The position numbers and the translations under genes are program-made. A stretch of 64,000 nt of DNA from a virus. Lineage: Duplodnaviria > Caudoviricetes. Location: positions 1 through 64,000 of IMG/VR virus record IMGVR_UViG_3300021399_000118. One strand, written 5' to 3'. Of this stretch, positions 14,369 through 24,129 are shown in pieces (the stretch's first letter is position 1; each line of letters begins with the position of its first letter). Below the pieces are notes generated by a model, which ran no database searches, was not told where the DNA came from, and saw only the letters and a list, made by a program, of their open reading frames with translations.

Positions 14369-16792
14369 TTAGTCTTCGTCGTCATCATCTGCAAAGAGGT
14401 CAGCGAACTCTTCGGAATCGAAGTCAGGAATCGTGCGATCCAGGTTCTTTTTCAGAACCTGAACCGCCTTGTCACCGTAGATCCGCCAGAAGGCCTGTTT
14501 GATTACCGTGTCGTAACCTTCAGTCGCTTTAGTTACTCGAACATTGAAAATGTTTCGAGCGACGATGTCGTAGCAGGCATCGTCGATTTTGTCATCTTCG
14601 ATGTTCAACTCGGGATACCGAGACCTGGCCCAAGAGATGATTTCTTTGCGGGCTGCCTTGCCCACCTCTTCCTCCCACTCGCGACGCTCCTGAGCCTTGC
14701 CATCGCTGGCAACGAGGAGCTTCCATTCTTCAGAGTGCCGGAAGGCGATCTCCTGGAAGACGCCGGCTCCAACAGAGACACGATTCTCGTTGTCCCAGGT
14801 TCCCTTCCGGGACAGGCCGGCCAGGTTACCGATCTTCCTGTTGGGGTTAATCAGCAGCTTGGTGGAATCGAAGATCTCGCTTTCGATTCCGTCGACGGTC
14901 AGCTTTTCCGGAATCTCTTCACGGATCAGCTTGGAATACTGATCCAGGAATGAGCCGGTATAGGCGCAGCGAGGAGGAAGCTCTTTCCCGGACCGGCTGA
15001 TCCTGGGCGCAGTCCAGTACTCAGTCTCGGCAGGATGCTCCATGTCGGCTTTTGCGTACATCGCGAACAAAGGAAGAGACTTCCTGTCAAGTTCGCGAAC
15101 GGCGTCGGGCTTCACGATCTTTACAGATGCGTGCTTTGCCGCATCAATTAATACGTTGCCGGCATAAGTCAGCCAGTTGCAGACCGACTTGTCGTAGCCG
15201 CTGTTCCACATCTTGGTCAGCGCATCGGCATACAGACCGATCTCGGACCCATGGATCAGATTTACAATGAAGCCGGCAATCGCCGACCTGGTAATCGCAA
15301 CCTTCTGCGAAGACGCGACATCCCAGTCGATCGGGATGTTCTTCAGCGTCTCATATGTGCGCTTTACGAGGTCGAGGAGGTTGGTGTCTTGGGAGAACCA
15401 AACGTGATCTCCGTCGTAGTCGCAACGAAGACGTATTGTCGTCATATCCCAGATGTTAATAAACATCGTGGGCGTATTTCCCACGAAGACCATTTTCCGC
15501 ACATTGTTCAGGAGAACATGCGCGTTGTCCAAGTGGGGATTACGTGTTACATCGACCAGGCCAAGGTCGATAGATGCACAGGCACACTCTCCTGCTTTCA
15601 ACATTCCTTTGATCTCGAGACCGAAGAGGTGCTCGGCAAAGGCTTTCAGATCGGGAGCGATGAAAGCGTTATATCCCAGCTCCGGAATGCGGCCTCCCTT
15701 CATATCGTTTATTTTCGTCTCGTATTTCTCCTGAATCGCCCGCGCCGTGTGCGGCTCGTTGAGAAGAGCCGGATACAGCTTGGCTGCGGCTCTCTGGCTG
15801 CCGCTAAGAAGCTTAACGGCGTTCTTGGGATCGGTGTACTGATGCACCGTCCGCTTGGCGTGGTTCATAAAATGAATCGCGTCGTCGGTGGTGCCCATCA
15901 GGGTCTGGCCCTGCTGATAGGGCATTCCCTTCAGCTTGGCTCCGTGTTCCCTGACGCAAACCGCAAGCTCATGACCGAGCTCTTCGAAAGCGCTGCAATA
16001 CTGCTCCCAACTGGAATACAGTTTTGCTGTCTTAAAGCAAGACTCTGTCAAAATCATATCGACATCCTGGAGGTTTACCTTGTTCCCCCAGAAGTCAATA
16101 AAGCTCGGTTCAATGCCGCGGCTCTTGCAGAAGTCCGCAAGCGAACCAAAGTCGACGGCCTGCACAAAGGCCTTAAGCCAAGGCCCGCGGATTGTGCAGG
16201 ATTCTCCACGAGTAACAACCCGATTGACAATGCCGAATCCATCAAATGCGTTAATCCGCACTTTACGGATACGGTTAAAGAGAATGTTGTCTCCGGCAAC
16301 AATGTCCGCAACCGCTTCGATTTCGACTTCGGCGTCTTTGATGATCGCCACGCGACGGATGTCAAGACCCTTGCCGAATACTTCGGCAAAGGGTCTGCTG
16401 GCCGACATGAGCAAACCAATATAGCTCATGTACTTATTAATCGCGAGCTTCATCTCGCTCGTCTTAAGACCGCACATGGCCCACTTTCCAAGCTCAGCCT
16501 GAAGACTTTCGAGAATCCAGGTTGTGACGGCCTTGCGGATGTCGGAGGCACCTGCCATGAACGGAACGTAGGTGTTGCCGTTGTGAATGTAGCCGTTGGC
16601 GACCATGTTCGTGAGTTTTGCACGAATCAAAGATTCGAGTTCTTCGTCCTTAGGACATTCAGCACAGATTTTGACAATAGCGTCTTTGGGGTCAACGCCC
16701 ATTTTGTCGAGTTTCCGGATAAAGGAGCTCGTAAAGATGGTGATTTCTTCGATGACGCTATTCAACAGGTTGATCTTTTCGATAGTCTTCAT
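14369..16792 (-). CDS. single-subunit two-barrel RNA polymerase, YonO/RdRP-like (807 aa), putative non-virion RNAP
   Basis: Ordered motifs AFDGFG, IRGPWLKA, ILTESCFK, PYQQGQTL, G..AFIAPD, TRNPHL, RCDYDGD (15407-15421), IG...T, IDAAKH; GGAGG RBS before ATG 16792. Confidence 0.88.
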   Translation of the reverse strand: MKTIEKINLLNSVIEEITIFTSSFIRKLDKMGVDPKDAIVKICAECPKDEELESLIRAKLTNMVANGYIHNGNTYVPFMAGASDIRKAVTTWILESLQAELGKWAMCGLKTSEMKLAINKYMSYIGLLMSASRPFAEVFGKGLDIRRVAIIKDAEVEIEAVADIVAGDNILFNRIRKVRINAFDGFGIVNRVVTRGESCTIRGPWLKAFVQAVDFGSLADFCKSRGIEPSFIDFWGNKVNLQDVDMILTESCFKTAKLYSSWEQYCSAFEELGHELAVCVREHGAKLKGMPYQQGQTLMGTTDDAIHFMNHAKRTVHQYTDPKNAVKLLSGSQRAAAKLYPALLNEPHTARAIQEKYETKINDMKGGRIPELGYNAFIAPDLKAFAEHLFGLEIKGMLKAGECACASIDLGLVDVTRNPHLDNAHVLLNNVRKMVFVGNTPTMFINIWDMTTIRLRCDYDGDHVWFSQDTNLLDLVKRTYETLKNIPIDWDVASSQKVAITRSAIAGFIVNLIHGSEIGLYADALTKMWNSGYDKSVCNWLTYAGNVLIDAAKHASVKIVKPDAVRELDRKSLPLFAMYAKADMEHPAETEYWTAPRISRSGKELPPRCAYTGSFLDQYSKLIREEIPEKLTVDGIESEIFDSTKLLINPNRKIGNLAGLSRKGTWDNENRVSVGAGVFQEIAFRHSEEWKLLVASDGKAQERREWEEEVGKAARKEIISWARSRYPELNIEDDKIDDACYDIVARNIFNVRVTKATEGYDTVIKQAFWRIYGDKAVQVLKKNLDRTIPDFDSEEFADLFADDDDED

Positions 16793-17038
16793 ATTACTGC
16801 CTCCTGCTTGTTGTTGGGTCAAGCTCCCATTATATTTGGGCAACCAAGCCTCTTGGGATAGAGGCGCAGCGTTTACTGACGCTTTGCAACTCCCGGCTGA
16901 TTCCGGAAGGTACATTAAAGGAGCGTTAGGCGGCTCAAACCTTTATCGAACTCTCTTGCGGCGATAAACCCGCAAAGCCGCTTGCCACGGCGAGGCCTGC
17001 AATCGAACGTATTGCAGAACGCCTGAGGATGTGTTACA

Positions 17039-17143
17039 CTACTCCTCGGAGACATAGTCGATGTACTCGGCTTCGCTGGCGAACAGCATCCACCGAGACC
17101 CGACCCGGCCCATGAAGCCGTATGCTGTGTAGTACCCGTACAT
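17039..17143 (-). CDS. tiny protein (34 aa, MYGYYTAYGFMGRVGSRWMLFASEAEYIDYVSEE)
   Basis: AAAGGAG RBS; read manually. Confidence 0.7.
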   Translation of the reverse strand: MYGYYTAYGFMGRVGSRWMLFASEAEYIDYVSEE

Positions 17144-17278
17144 GGTTGTCTCCTTTCCGAGCTTCAGTTGCAGCTGAAGCTCTTTTGAATTTGAGTCAAA
17201 GACTCAAAAGAGCACCCGGCGTGCGGGTGCTCTGTCGAATCTGAGCAGTTGTTAATCCGGTTGCTCAGCCGGAACGAG

Positions 17279-17566
17279 TTACGGTTCGAGCTCGTTATAA
17301 TCGACAAATATGTCGATGTCGTCGATAAAGGCATCGAAGTTGGGATCGAGGCTGTCTACGTAATCTTCTGCCTCTTTCCTTGTATCAAACTGTAATGTTT
17401 CGGATCCTTCGAGATAAACAAGCCAAAGTTTTACCGATTCTTTTTCTGTGATGAAAGCATCAAATTCGGGTCCAAGGTTGTCTATATAACCAACGGCTTT
17501 TTCCTTGGTTTCGAATTTCGCGACCAATTCCTTTCCAAGAGGATTAATAGCTTTAACGATATACAT
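17279..17566 (-). CDS. hypothetical protein with internal duplication
   Basis: FETKEKAVGYIDNLGPEFDAFI and FDTRKEAEDYVDSLDPNFDAFI; AAGGAG RBS. Confidence 0.75.
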   Translation of the reverse strand: MYIVKAINPLGKELVAKFETKEKAVGYIDNLGPEFDAFITEKESVKLWLVYLEGSETLQFDTRKEAEDYVDSLDPNFDAFIDDIDIFVDYNELEP

Positions 17567-17678
17567 TTTTCTTTTCTCCTTTCTTATTATGCGAAAGCCG
17601 GGGACGTCAGAATGATTGCTAACCCGAACATGATTGTTACCGCGGCATAAGCCGCAAGCCATTGTAGAAAGTTACGCA

Positions 17679-17855
17679 TTAGTGCACCTCCTTCCCGAGC
17701 AGATCCCAGAGCATATCCTCGGGGATCTCGTGTCCGTCTCGATCCAAGACAGATGCGCCAGGGCTGTTAGCCCAGATGTCCGCAGCGTCAACCGCGCTCC
17801 AGACAAAGCCCTTGTCTCCGTTGGCGAAAAGTATGGTATAGGGATTCATAAACAT
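17679..17855 (-). CDS. small hypothetical protein (MFMNPYTILF...)
   Basis: AAGGAGGTG RBS. Confidence 0.7.
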   Translation of the reverse strand: MFMNPYTILFANGDKGFVWSAVDAADIWANSPGASVLDRDGHEIPEDMLWDLLGKEVH

Positions 17856-18017
17856 GGAACACCTCCTTGGCTTGTTCCGCGACGGCTTCCCACTCTTTCG
17901 AGTTCGCAAAGCGATCGTCAGGCTGCAGGGTGCCACCTCTGCAACGACCCGCCGAAGCGGGTTTCGGGATTGACACAGCTCTGCAATGCGTGATAACATT
18001 GCAGAGCAAGGAAGTTG

Positions 18018-18215
18018 TTACAGCTTGTCGAACCGGTTCCCGCGGAACCAAACGACGGTAATTCCAGTGTCGTTGTCTTCGACACGGATTTCGCTGTTTG
18101 AATACAGAGAACGAAGCTTTGCCTTTTCATGGGCCTCTTCTCTGTTCTCTGTGAAGAAGGGCACGAATCCTCCTCCGCGGACCTCGAAACGAGTTGTAAA
18201 CTTTGGATACCACAT
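18018..18215 (-). CDS. small hypothetical protein (MWYPKFTTRF...)
   Basis: AAGGAGGT RBS. Confidence 0.7.
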   Translation of the reverse strand: MWYPKFTTRFEVRGGGFVPFFTENREEAHEKAKLRSLYSNSEIRVEDNDTGITVVWFRGNRFDKL

Positions 18216-18338
18216 AGGGACCTCCTTGCCGGCCGGTGTTGCAGCACCGGCCATTTTTTATTTGACAACAGTCGTTTCCGACTGGTATCATCAACTCAAA
18301 TAAGGAGGACAGCGGATGTTGAGTCCGCTGCCTTGGAC

Positions 18339-18428
18339 TTACTTGATCTTCATCGCTACAATGCACTGGAAGGCAAGAGCGAGGATCAAGCCAAGGATGC
18401 ACAGGAAGGTTTTCACCTTAGGGCCCAT
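18339..18428 (-). CDS. 29-aa single-TM peptide (MGPKVKTFLCILGLILALAFQCIVAMKIK)
   Basis: AAGGAGGTG RBS; read manually. Confidence 0.6.
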   Translation of the reverse strand: MGPKVKTFLCILGLILALAFQCIVAMKIK

Positions 18429-18564
18429 GTGCACACCTCCTTATTTCACCGGCATAAAGCTCGGTGTCGGGCTGGAACCCGAAAGGAGCATCCGATATAC
18501 GGGTGCTCTTTTCGAATCCCAATCGAAAAGGACGGAGCCTTTCGACTCCGTCCTTTTTCGACCT

Positions 18565-18756
18565 TTAGATTCCTTCGGCAACCTGTTGCCGCCGAACGGA
18601 AATCAGGATGTCCATGAACTCTTTTCGGTCTGCTTCGGCTTTCCGCATCTGCGCCTGAATCCAGGCACTTTCGCGGATGTTTTCCGGGAGGTTCTTGTAG
18701 GCCTTAATGGCCTTTTCAGCTTCCTGGATACCTCTCATAACTTCGTAATTCCTCAT
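18565..18756 (-). CDS. small hypothetical protein (MRNYEVMRG...)
   Basis: AAAGGAG RBS before ATG 18756. Confidence 0.7.
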   Translation of the reverse strand: MRNYEVMRGIQEAEKAIKAYKNLPENIRESAWIQAQMRKAEADRKEFMDILISVRRQQVAEGI

Positions 18757-18867
18757 GGCTTTTCTCCTTTCTGCTGTCCCGATCGAGCGAGAGTCAGCGT
18801 AAGCCATTTTTTGTTCCAGCGAATTTACGCTGGAAAACTTTCATTGAACAAAGAAAGTTCATATATG

Positions 18868-19082
18868 TTCTCTTCCAAGTCCTCTCTCCAATCCAAATCC
18901 TCTCTCCAAACGCTCCCTCTTCCAACTCCTCTCTTCGTTTCAACTCCTCTCTCCAACCCCTCTCTCTTCCAACTTCTCTCTCCAATCCCATGCAAGTCTT
19001 ACAAGTTTTACAAGTTTTACGCTCAAGCTTTACGCTGAAAAAAATTAGGGTACCCCTGAAAATCGGGGTACCCATTTTTTAT
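18868..19082. repeat. pyrimidine-rich CTCTCTCCAA-like tandem repeats, CAAGTTTTA repeats and a GGGTACCC inverted repeat at the strand switch
   Basis: About 8 degenerate CTCT(CT/TC)CCAA units; 4 CAAG(T/C)(T/C)TTAC units; AAAAAATTAGGGTACCCC...GGGGTACCCATTTTTT. Confidence 0.75.
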
Positions 19083-19250
19083 TCTACGGAAAAGAAAACT
19101 TCTTCCCGCGACTGAAAAAGAAACAGAAAACAGCAACAACCATTTTGCATAAAAAATATGCTTTTTTTCGTTTTTCTCTGCGTGTCATTCCGAAAGGCAC
19201 GTAAAGGAAGGAAGATCCGTTCCCGATTTTAAACACAGGAGTGATACGCT

Positions 19251-19592
19251 ATGGAAAACCAGATTAACCAACTGAACACGATTCCGTCCAAGGAATTCGA
19301 CAAGGAGTACAACACACAGTGGCGCAAGGAAATGGAGTATCTTCGTTCCCGTGGGATCGAGTATACTTTCGCGAAGCGAGTCGGAGAGTATAAGATTCCT
19401 ACCTACAAGTACAAAAAGACTCCCCAGCTGTTTTTAGCTTTAGCTGAGTTCTACAACCAGACTACGTTCCGAAAGAACATGGACAGCATCGACGAGCTGA
19501 CGAAGCAGATGGAGCAGGGGTATATCGCTGTAAAGGCTGAGGATTTATCCGAGCCTGAGAAGAAGCTTATGCTTGCGAACGATACGGAGTGA
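19251..19592 (+). CDS. hypothetical protein preceding the terminase
   Basis: AGGAG RBS; first gene of the plus-strand module. Confidence 0.75.
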   Translation: MENQINQLNTIPSKEFDKEYNTQWRKEMEYLRSRGIEYTFAKRVGEYKIPTYKYKKTPQLFLALAEFYNQTTFRKNMDSIDELTKQMEQGYIAVKAEDLSEPEKKLMLANDTE

Positions 19593-20524
19593 TTGTTATG
19601 CCGACCGTATTATCCAAGCCGCGAAGAGCAGCCCCAGCCCAAACAAAGCTTTGCCTGCACTGCAACCATACAAAGCCTTTATCTCAGTTTTATGCAAACC
19701 GGGGCTGGGTCGAACAGAACGGTAAGGATGTATGGTGCAAAAGCTGCGTGTCCAAGTGCAGGACAAAAGACGACATAAGAGAGTATTTCTTCGAAAACAA
19801 CAGAGAACTGACGGAAGATCTCTGGAGCAACGCCTGCAAGCTGGCAGAACAGCAGTGTTCCAAGAAAACCGTCTATCAGAAAGCAAATGAGGATCGGCGA
19901 CAGGTTCTTTTAGAACAGGTCGCATGTTCCATTGTGCCTACGATTATGCAAAGAGTGCAGAACTACAAATACGTAGACAACACGCAGGACGTGCATACGA
20001 ACACCTACGAAGAGGCGAAAGAGAACGGGAAGGTTGCGGACAATGTTTCTCCGATTGCAAGCGCTGCAAAAAAAGCAGACCCGAATGTCAAGACCTTCTC
20101 GGAGGAGTTTAACGGGAACTTCAAACCTCAGGAGCTGGAGTATCTCGAGAAGTATTACGAAGGATTGGAGAACGACTTCGAGCTTTCCGACACCTCTCTC
20201 AGAGACAACGCGAAGAAGCTTGCGAAAGCATCTTTATTAGTGGACCGGGTACAGAACGACTACATGCTCGGCCGCTGTCCTTTGCAGGACGTTAAGGACG
20301 CGATCGCCCAATACGACCTGTTAATGAAGACAGGTAACTTTGCTGCGTGCAAGAGAAAACCGGGAGACAAAGCCGGGATGGGTTCTTGGGCCGAGATTTC
20401 GTTTTATTGCGAAACACACGGTCACCCAATGCAGCGAAAAATAGAATGGCCCAAGGACGATGTAGACAAAACTATCGAAGAGTTCAGCTACATCGTAGAG
20501 TCCCTGGACCTCAACGGAGTGTGA
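19589..20524 (+). CDS. putative terminase small subunit (N-terminal CxxC..CxxC Zn finger)
   Basis: CLHC...FY...WCKSC; lies directly before the large terminase. Confidence 0.6.
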   Translation: MIVMPTVLSKPRRAAPAQTKLCLHCNHTKPLSQFYANRGWVEQNGKDVWCKSCVSKCRTKDDIREYFFENNRELTEDLWSNACKLAEQQCSKKTVYQKANEDRRQVLLEQVACSIVPTIMQRVQNYKYVDNTQDVHTNTYEEAKENGKVADNVSPIASAAKKADPNVKTFSEEFNGNFKPQELEYLEKYYEGLENDFELSDTSLRDNAKKLAKASLLVDRVQNDYMLGRCPLQDVKDAIAQYDLLMKTGNFAACKRKPGDKAGMGSWAEISFYCETHGHPMQRKIEWPKDDVDKTIEEFSYIVESLDLNGV

Positions 20525-20528
20525 GAAT

Positions 20529-22169
20529 ATGGCTCCGAAAATGGGCGTTATCGAAAACTGGGATGTTATGGAAGAACAGTTAATGTTCTACCGGTCGCAT
20601 CTCGATGTTTTTATCGAAGACGCATACGAACCTATCAAGTTAACGAGAACCCAGCACGTTATGATGCGGCAGATGGGAAACTGTATCGACTCGAAGGACA
20701 CCTGTTCCCGGGGATACGGGAAGACCTGGCTGGCCTCCTTAGGAGGGTTTGCTATCTGCGATCTCTACCCCGGCACTACGGTGCTTATTGTTTCCGCTAC
20801 CGCCAAGCAGGCTACGTTAGCTTTAGGAAAGCTAAAGCTTTTAGCGGAGCAAAACAAGCATATCGCGAACGAAATCTCTGCCGCGAACTCCAAGTCGCTC
20901 GTCCAGGTTTCGAAGGACAGCTCCAGCTGCACTCTTAAAAACGGCAGCAAGCTTATTTCCGCTTCCATCGACTCTGCTCGTGGTATCCGGGCCAAGGTCA
21001 TTATTATCGACGAAGCGCTGGATGTGGACCAGGATCAGCTGGAGGCGGTTGTCTCCCCTATCCGTAACACTACAAGGGAAGTCTGCTTCAACTACGGTTT
21101 CAAGGACTTTCCCTCTAAAACCATCACCATCACCTCCGCCTGCGAAAAGAGCAACCAGTACTACGACAACTTCGTCAAGGACGTTGTGCGCATGGCCAAG
21201 GGTGAGAATGTGTTCTGCTGCGCTCTGGATTACAGGTCGGCTGCAGCCAACGGCATTACCGATATGTCCTTCTTTATGCAGGAAAAGGAACGGATGCCGG
21301 ATCTTGTTTTCCAGATGGAATACGGCTCCAAATTCGTCGGGGCCAACTCCAACTCAGCCTTCCCTTTTGATCTTACGACTCCCTGCCGGACGCTCGAAAA
21401 AGTAGAAACGGAACAGCCGAAAAACTCAAAATCAAGATATGTTATCTGCATCGACATCGCCACATCTCAGGCGAAGGGATCGGATAACTCCATTATTGTC
21501 GTCGAGAAGTTCACGGAAAAATCGGATGGAAGCTTCGCCAAGAAGCTTGTCTATATCCGGAGCTACAACGGAAAACCTCTCGACTTCTTAGCCAATGAAG
21601 TTCGGGTGCTTTACCACTTAAAGTTCCCGAATGCGGAAAAGATCGTGTACGACGCGAGAGGTATAGGCGACAGCTTCGACCGGTTCTTCGACGCGGAGTG
21701 GATCGATCCCTACACGGGAAAAGAATACCCTCCGCTTGTCGTGGACGACGAGGTTCGGACCAACCCTGTTGCGGAAGCCGTACTGCATCCATTCAGGGCG
21801 ATCAACGCTTTGAACCAGCAAATCTACACCAATCTTCGGGTTGCCCTGGAAAAGCACACCATCGAACTTCCCATGCAGGAAAGAACGATGCGTTCCAGAC
21901 AGCAGAACCCGGAAGAAGAGAAAAAGTTCACTCCGGAAGAAATGGCAATCTTCCTGGAGGCAGACGCCCTTCAGTTCGAGATGGGCAATATTGTCGAGAA
22001 GACTTCTGCTTCCGGCAACAAAACCTACGACACTCCGAGAGCTGGGCAGCATAAGGACCGCTATTCAGCTTTGGCTATGGCGAACGACTATATCTGCGAG
22101 CTCGAAAAGGAGAATGTCCGGTTACACAAACGCGGCCCTGTTGCCATCGGGGTTGTTTCCAGATTCTAA
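20529..22169 (+). CDS. terL: terminase large subunit
   Basis: Walker A SRGYGKT, Walker B IIIDEA, ITSA coupling motif, FQMEY, nuclease CIDIA...D, KDRYSA. Confidence 0.93.
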   Translation: MAPKMGVIENWDVMEEQLMFYRSHLDVFIEDAYEPIKLTRTQHVMMRQMGNCIDSKDTCSRGYGKTWLASLGGFAICDLYPGTTVLIVSATAKQATLALGKLKLLAEQNKHIANEISAANSKSLVQVSKDSSSCTLKNGSKLISASIDSARGIRAKVIIIDEALDVDQDQLEAVVSPIRNTTREVCFNYGFKDFPSKTITITSACEKSNQYYDNFVKDVVRMAKGENVFCCALDYRSAAANGITDMSFFMQEKERMPDLVFQMEYGSKFVGANSNSAFPFDLTTPCRTLEKVETEQPKNSKSRYVICIDIATSQAKGSDNSIIVVEKFTEKSDGSFAKKLVYIRSYNGKPLDFLANEVRVLYHLKFPNAEKIVYDARGIGDSFDRFFDAEWIDPYTGKEYPPLVVDDEVRTNPVAEAVLHPFRAINALNQQIYTNLRVALEKHTIELPMQERTMRSRQQNPEEEKKFTPEEMAIFLEADALQFEMGNIVEKTSASGNKTYDTPRAGQHKDRYSALAMANDYICELEKENVRLHKRGPVAIGVVSRF

Positions 22170-22187
22170 GAAAGGAGGCGGGAGCCT

Positions 22188-23738
22188 ATGGGGTTATTTG
22201 ATCGGCTTTTCGGCCGAAACGTTATTTCAGAGGCGACTCAGCCTCCAAGAAAAATCGCTGTCGGAGCAGGCAGGGACGAAAGCGAAACCGTCCAGAGCTT
22301 TTCCAACAGCAACTTTACCTTCTCCGGGGAGCTGTCCGATTACGATTACGTCAGCATTCTCCGGGACAAACAGAGCAACATTCAATCCCTTTATCAGCTG
22401 GCAGACTACTACACAGATGCCGACCCGATTGTGCACGGCATCGTCAAGCATGTATACGTCCCCTTCTCCACCTGCTCGGACTGGTATCTTACCGGCTCCA
22501 AGGAGAAGACCTACGCTCTTTACGAAGAGCAGTACAAGCGGATGCGGCTGAGGGAAAAGATCGACGCCATCATGCTGGAGATCTGGAAATACAACAACGT
22601 CTGCTGCTACCTGTATCACGGGGATTTAATCACACTCCCCATCAACAAGTGGCGTATCGGTAACACCATGTTCAACGGCACTCCCATTGTGGACTACGAC
22701 TGTTCCGCCATCATCCAGGAAGTCCAGATGAAGACCTACAGCATTAAGGAACAGTACGTTAAGGACAGCAATACGGACTATATTCTCAAGGGTTATCCGG
22801 AAGAAATCCAGGAGGCTGTCAAAGCCAACCGGCAGTACGCCCAGTTAAACCCCGACAACACCTTCGTTCTTCAGGGTTCCAAGGAAAGCTGGCAGAGATA
22901 CGCCATTCCTTTTATTGCTTCGGCTCTGACCTCTCTCTCGAAAAAAGAGCTGATCTCCAGCTACGAGAACGCCATGCTGAACATCGGCAAACGAAGCTTT
23001 GTCCACGTTCAATACGGCGAAAGCTCCAAGACCAACGATGTCCTTCCGGATCTGGTGCAATTAACCCAGGTCCGAAAGTTATTCCAGGCCGGCATGAACG
23101 ACTTCCCTCTTGTCGTGACCAACCATCTCGCCAAAGCCACAACTGTGCAGGCGGACATGGACGACCTGTTCCAGTGGGACAAGTACAAGGGAGTCAACAA
23201 CGACATTCTTTCCGCCGGCGGAATCAGCGGTGTTTTAGTCTCAGGCCTCGTGGAGGACGGCTCTACCTTTGCTTCGGCTCAGGTCAGCATGGAAACAGCT
23301 GAAGCCCGGATCGACGCCGTTCGGGGTGAGTTCTGCGATATGATGACGCAAATCAACGCACGTCTCGCAGAGGAAATCCCCGGCACCTACAACCTGAAAG
23401 AAACCCCTGTATTCCACTTCAGGCCGCTTTCCATGGAAGGCAAGAAAGCCCTTCGGGAAAAGTGCGTGGAGCTGTGGGAGAAGGGCGTGCTTTCCACCAA
23501 GACCATGATGGAAACCAACGGTTACTCTCTCGAAGTGGAGCGCACGCAGAGACAGAAGGAAGCTTCCGAGGGAACGGACAAGGCGCTCGCTCCCAGAGAG
23601 GTTACCAACTCGGCAAATACGGAATCAAAGGCCGGAAGGCCGACTGTAGACGATTCCGAAAGAAAGAGCGATCCGGAGGCTGCACTCAGATCAAAACAAC
23701 CGAAGCCTTCGAACGACGAGGGATCGCTTGAGTCCTGA
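22188..23738 (+). CDS. portal protein
   Basis: 516 aa directly after terL; helical; size and synteny fit a portal. Confidence 0.8.
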   Translation: MGLFDRLFGRNVISEATQPPRKIAVGAGRDESETVQSFSNSNFTFSGELSDYDYVSILRDKQSNIQSLYQLADYYTDADPIVHGIVKHVYVPFSTCSDWYLTGSKEKTYALYEEQYKRMRLREKIDAIMLEIWKYNNVCCYLYHGDLITLPINKWRIGNTMFNGTPIVDYDCSAIIQEVQMKTYSIKEQYVKDSNTDYILKGYPEEIQEAVKANRQYAQLNPDNTFVLQGSKESWQRYAIPFIASALTSLSKKELISSYENAMLNIGKRSFVHVQYGESSKTNDVLPDLVQLTQVRKLFQAGMNDFPLVVTNHLAKATTVQADMDDLFQWDKYKGVNNDILSAGGISGVLVSGLVEDGSTFASAQVSMETAEARIDAVRGEFCDMMTQINARLAEEIPGTYNLKETPVFHFRPLSMEGKKALREKCVELWEKGVLSTKTMMETNGYSLEVERTQRQKEASEGTDKALAPREVTNSANTESKAGRPTVDDSERKSDPEAALRSKQPKPSNDEGSLES

Positions 23739-23959
23739 ACCACGTCGTCGTCGGGCGACGTTAAATAAATCGGCCTGAAGGTTGCCGTACCTTTAATACG
23801 GCATTGTGTAAGGTTACTGCGCCCTAAAGCAGACATTTATTTTTATCGTCTGCCGACGCCTCTTGCAGAACGCCCAAGAACACACTGATATGTCGTTGCT
23901 GCAACGCGAATTATTGGTAGAGTCGGGGGCTGAGATTCAGCTCCGGTCCCCGACGAATT

Positions 23960-24032
23960 GGCTTCTTAGCTCAGCTGGCAGAGCACCTGACTGTTAATCA
24001 GGCTGCCGAAGGTTCAAGTCCTTCAGGAGCCG
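23960..24032 (+). tRNA. tRNA-Asn(GTT)
   Basis: GGCTTCT TAGCTCAGCTGGCAGAGC A CCTGA CT[GTT]AA TCAGG CTGCC GAAGG TTCAAGT CCTTC AGGAGCC G. Confidence 0.88.
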
Positions 24033-24129
24033 CAGATATCAACATCCGCAAGGATGAGGATATAGATTCGCCTTCGATCTCCTTCGTCTCCCGCCGTATG
24101 GAAATCGAAAGCACAGAAGGAGATCCAAT

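Noticed and set aside
14369-16792. RNA-dependent RNA polymerase or reverse transcriptase
   Set aside because: The DxDGD two-barrel motif set in a dsDNA phage fits a YonO-type DNA-dependent RNAP; no YxDD RT motif
15251-16861. 536-aa plus-strand ORF (also 24325-25446, 25858-26784 and 28113-29327 on the minus strand)
   Set aside because: Antisense shadows of codon-biased real genes; no RBS and no protein motifs
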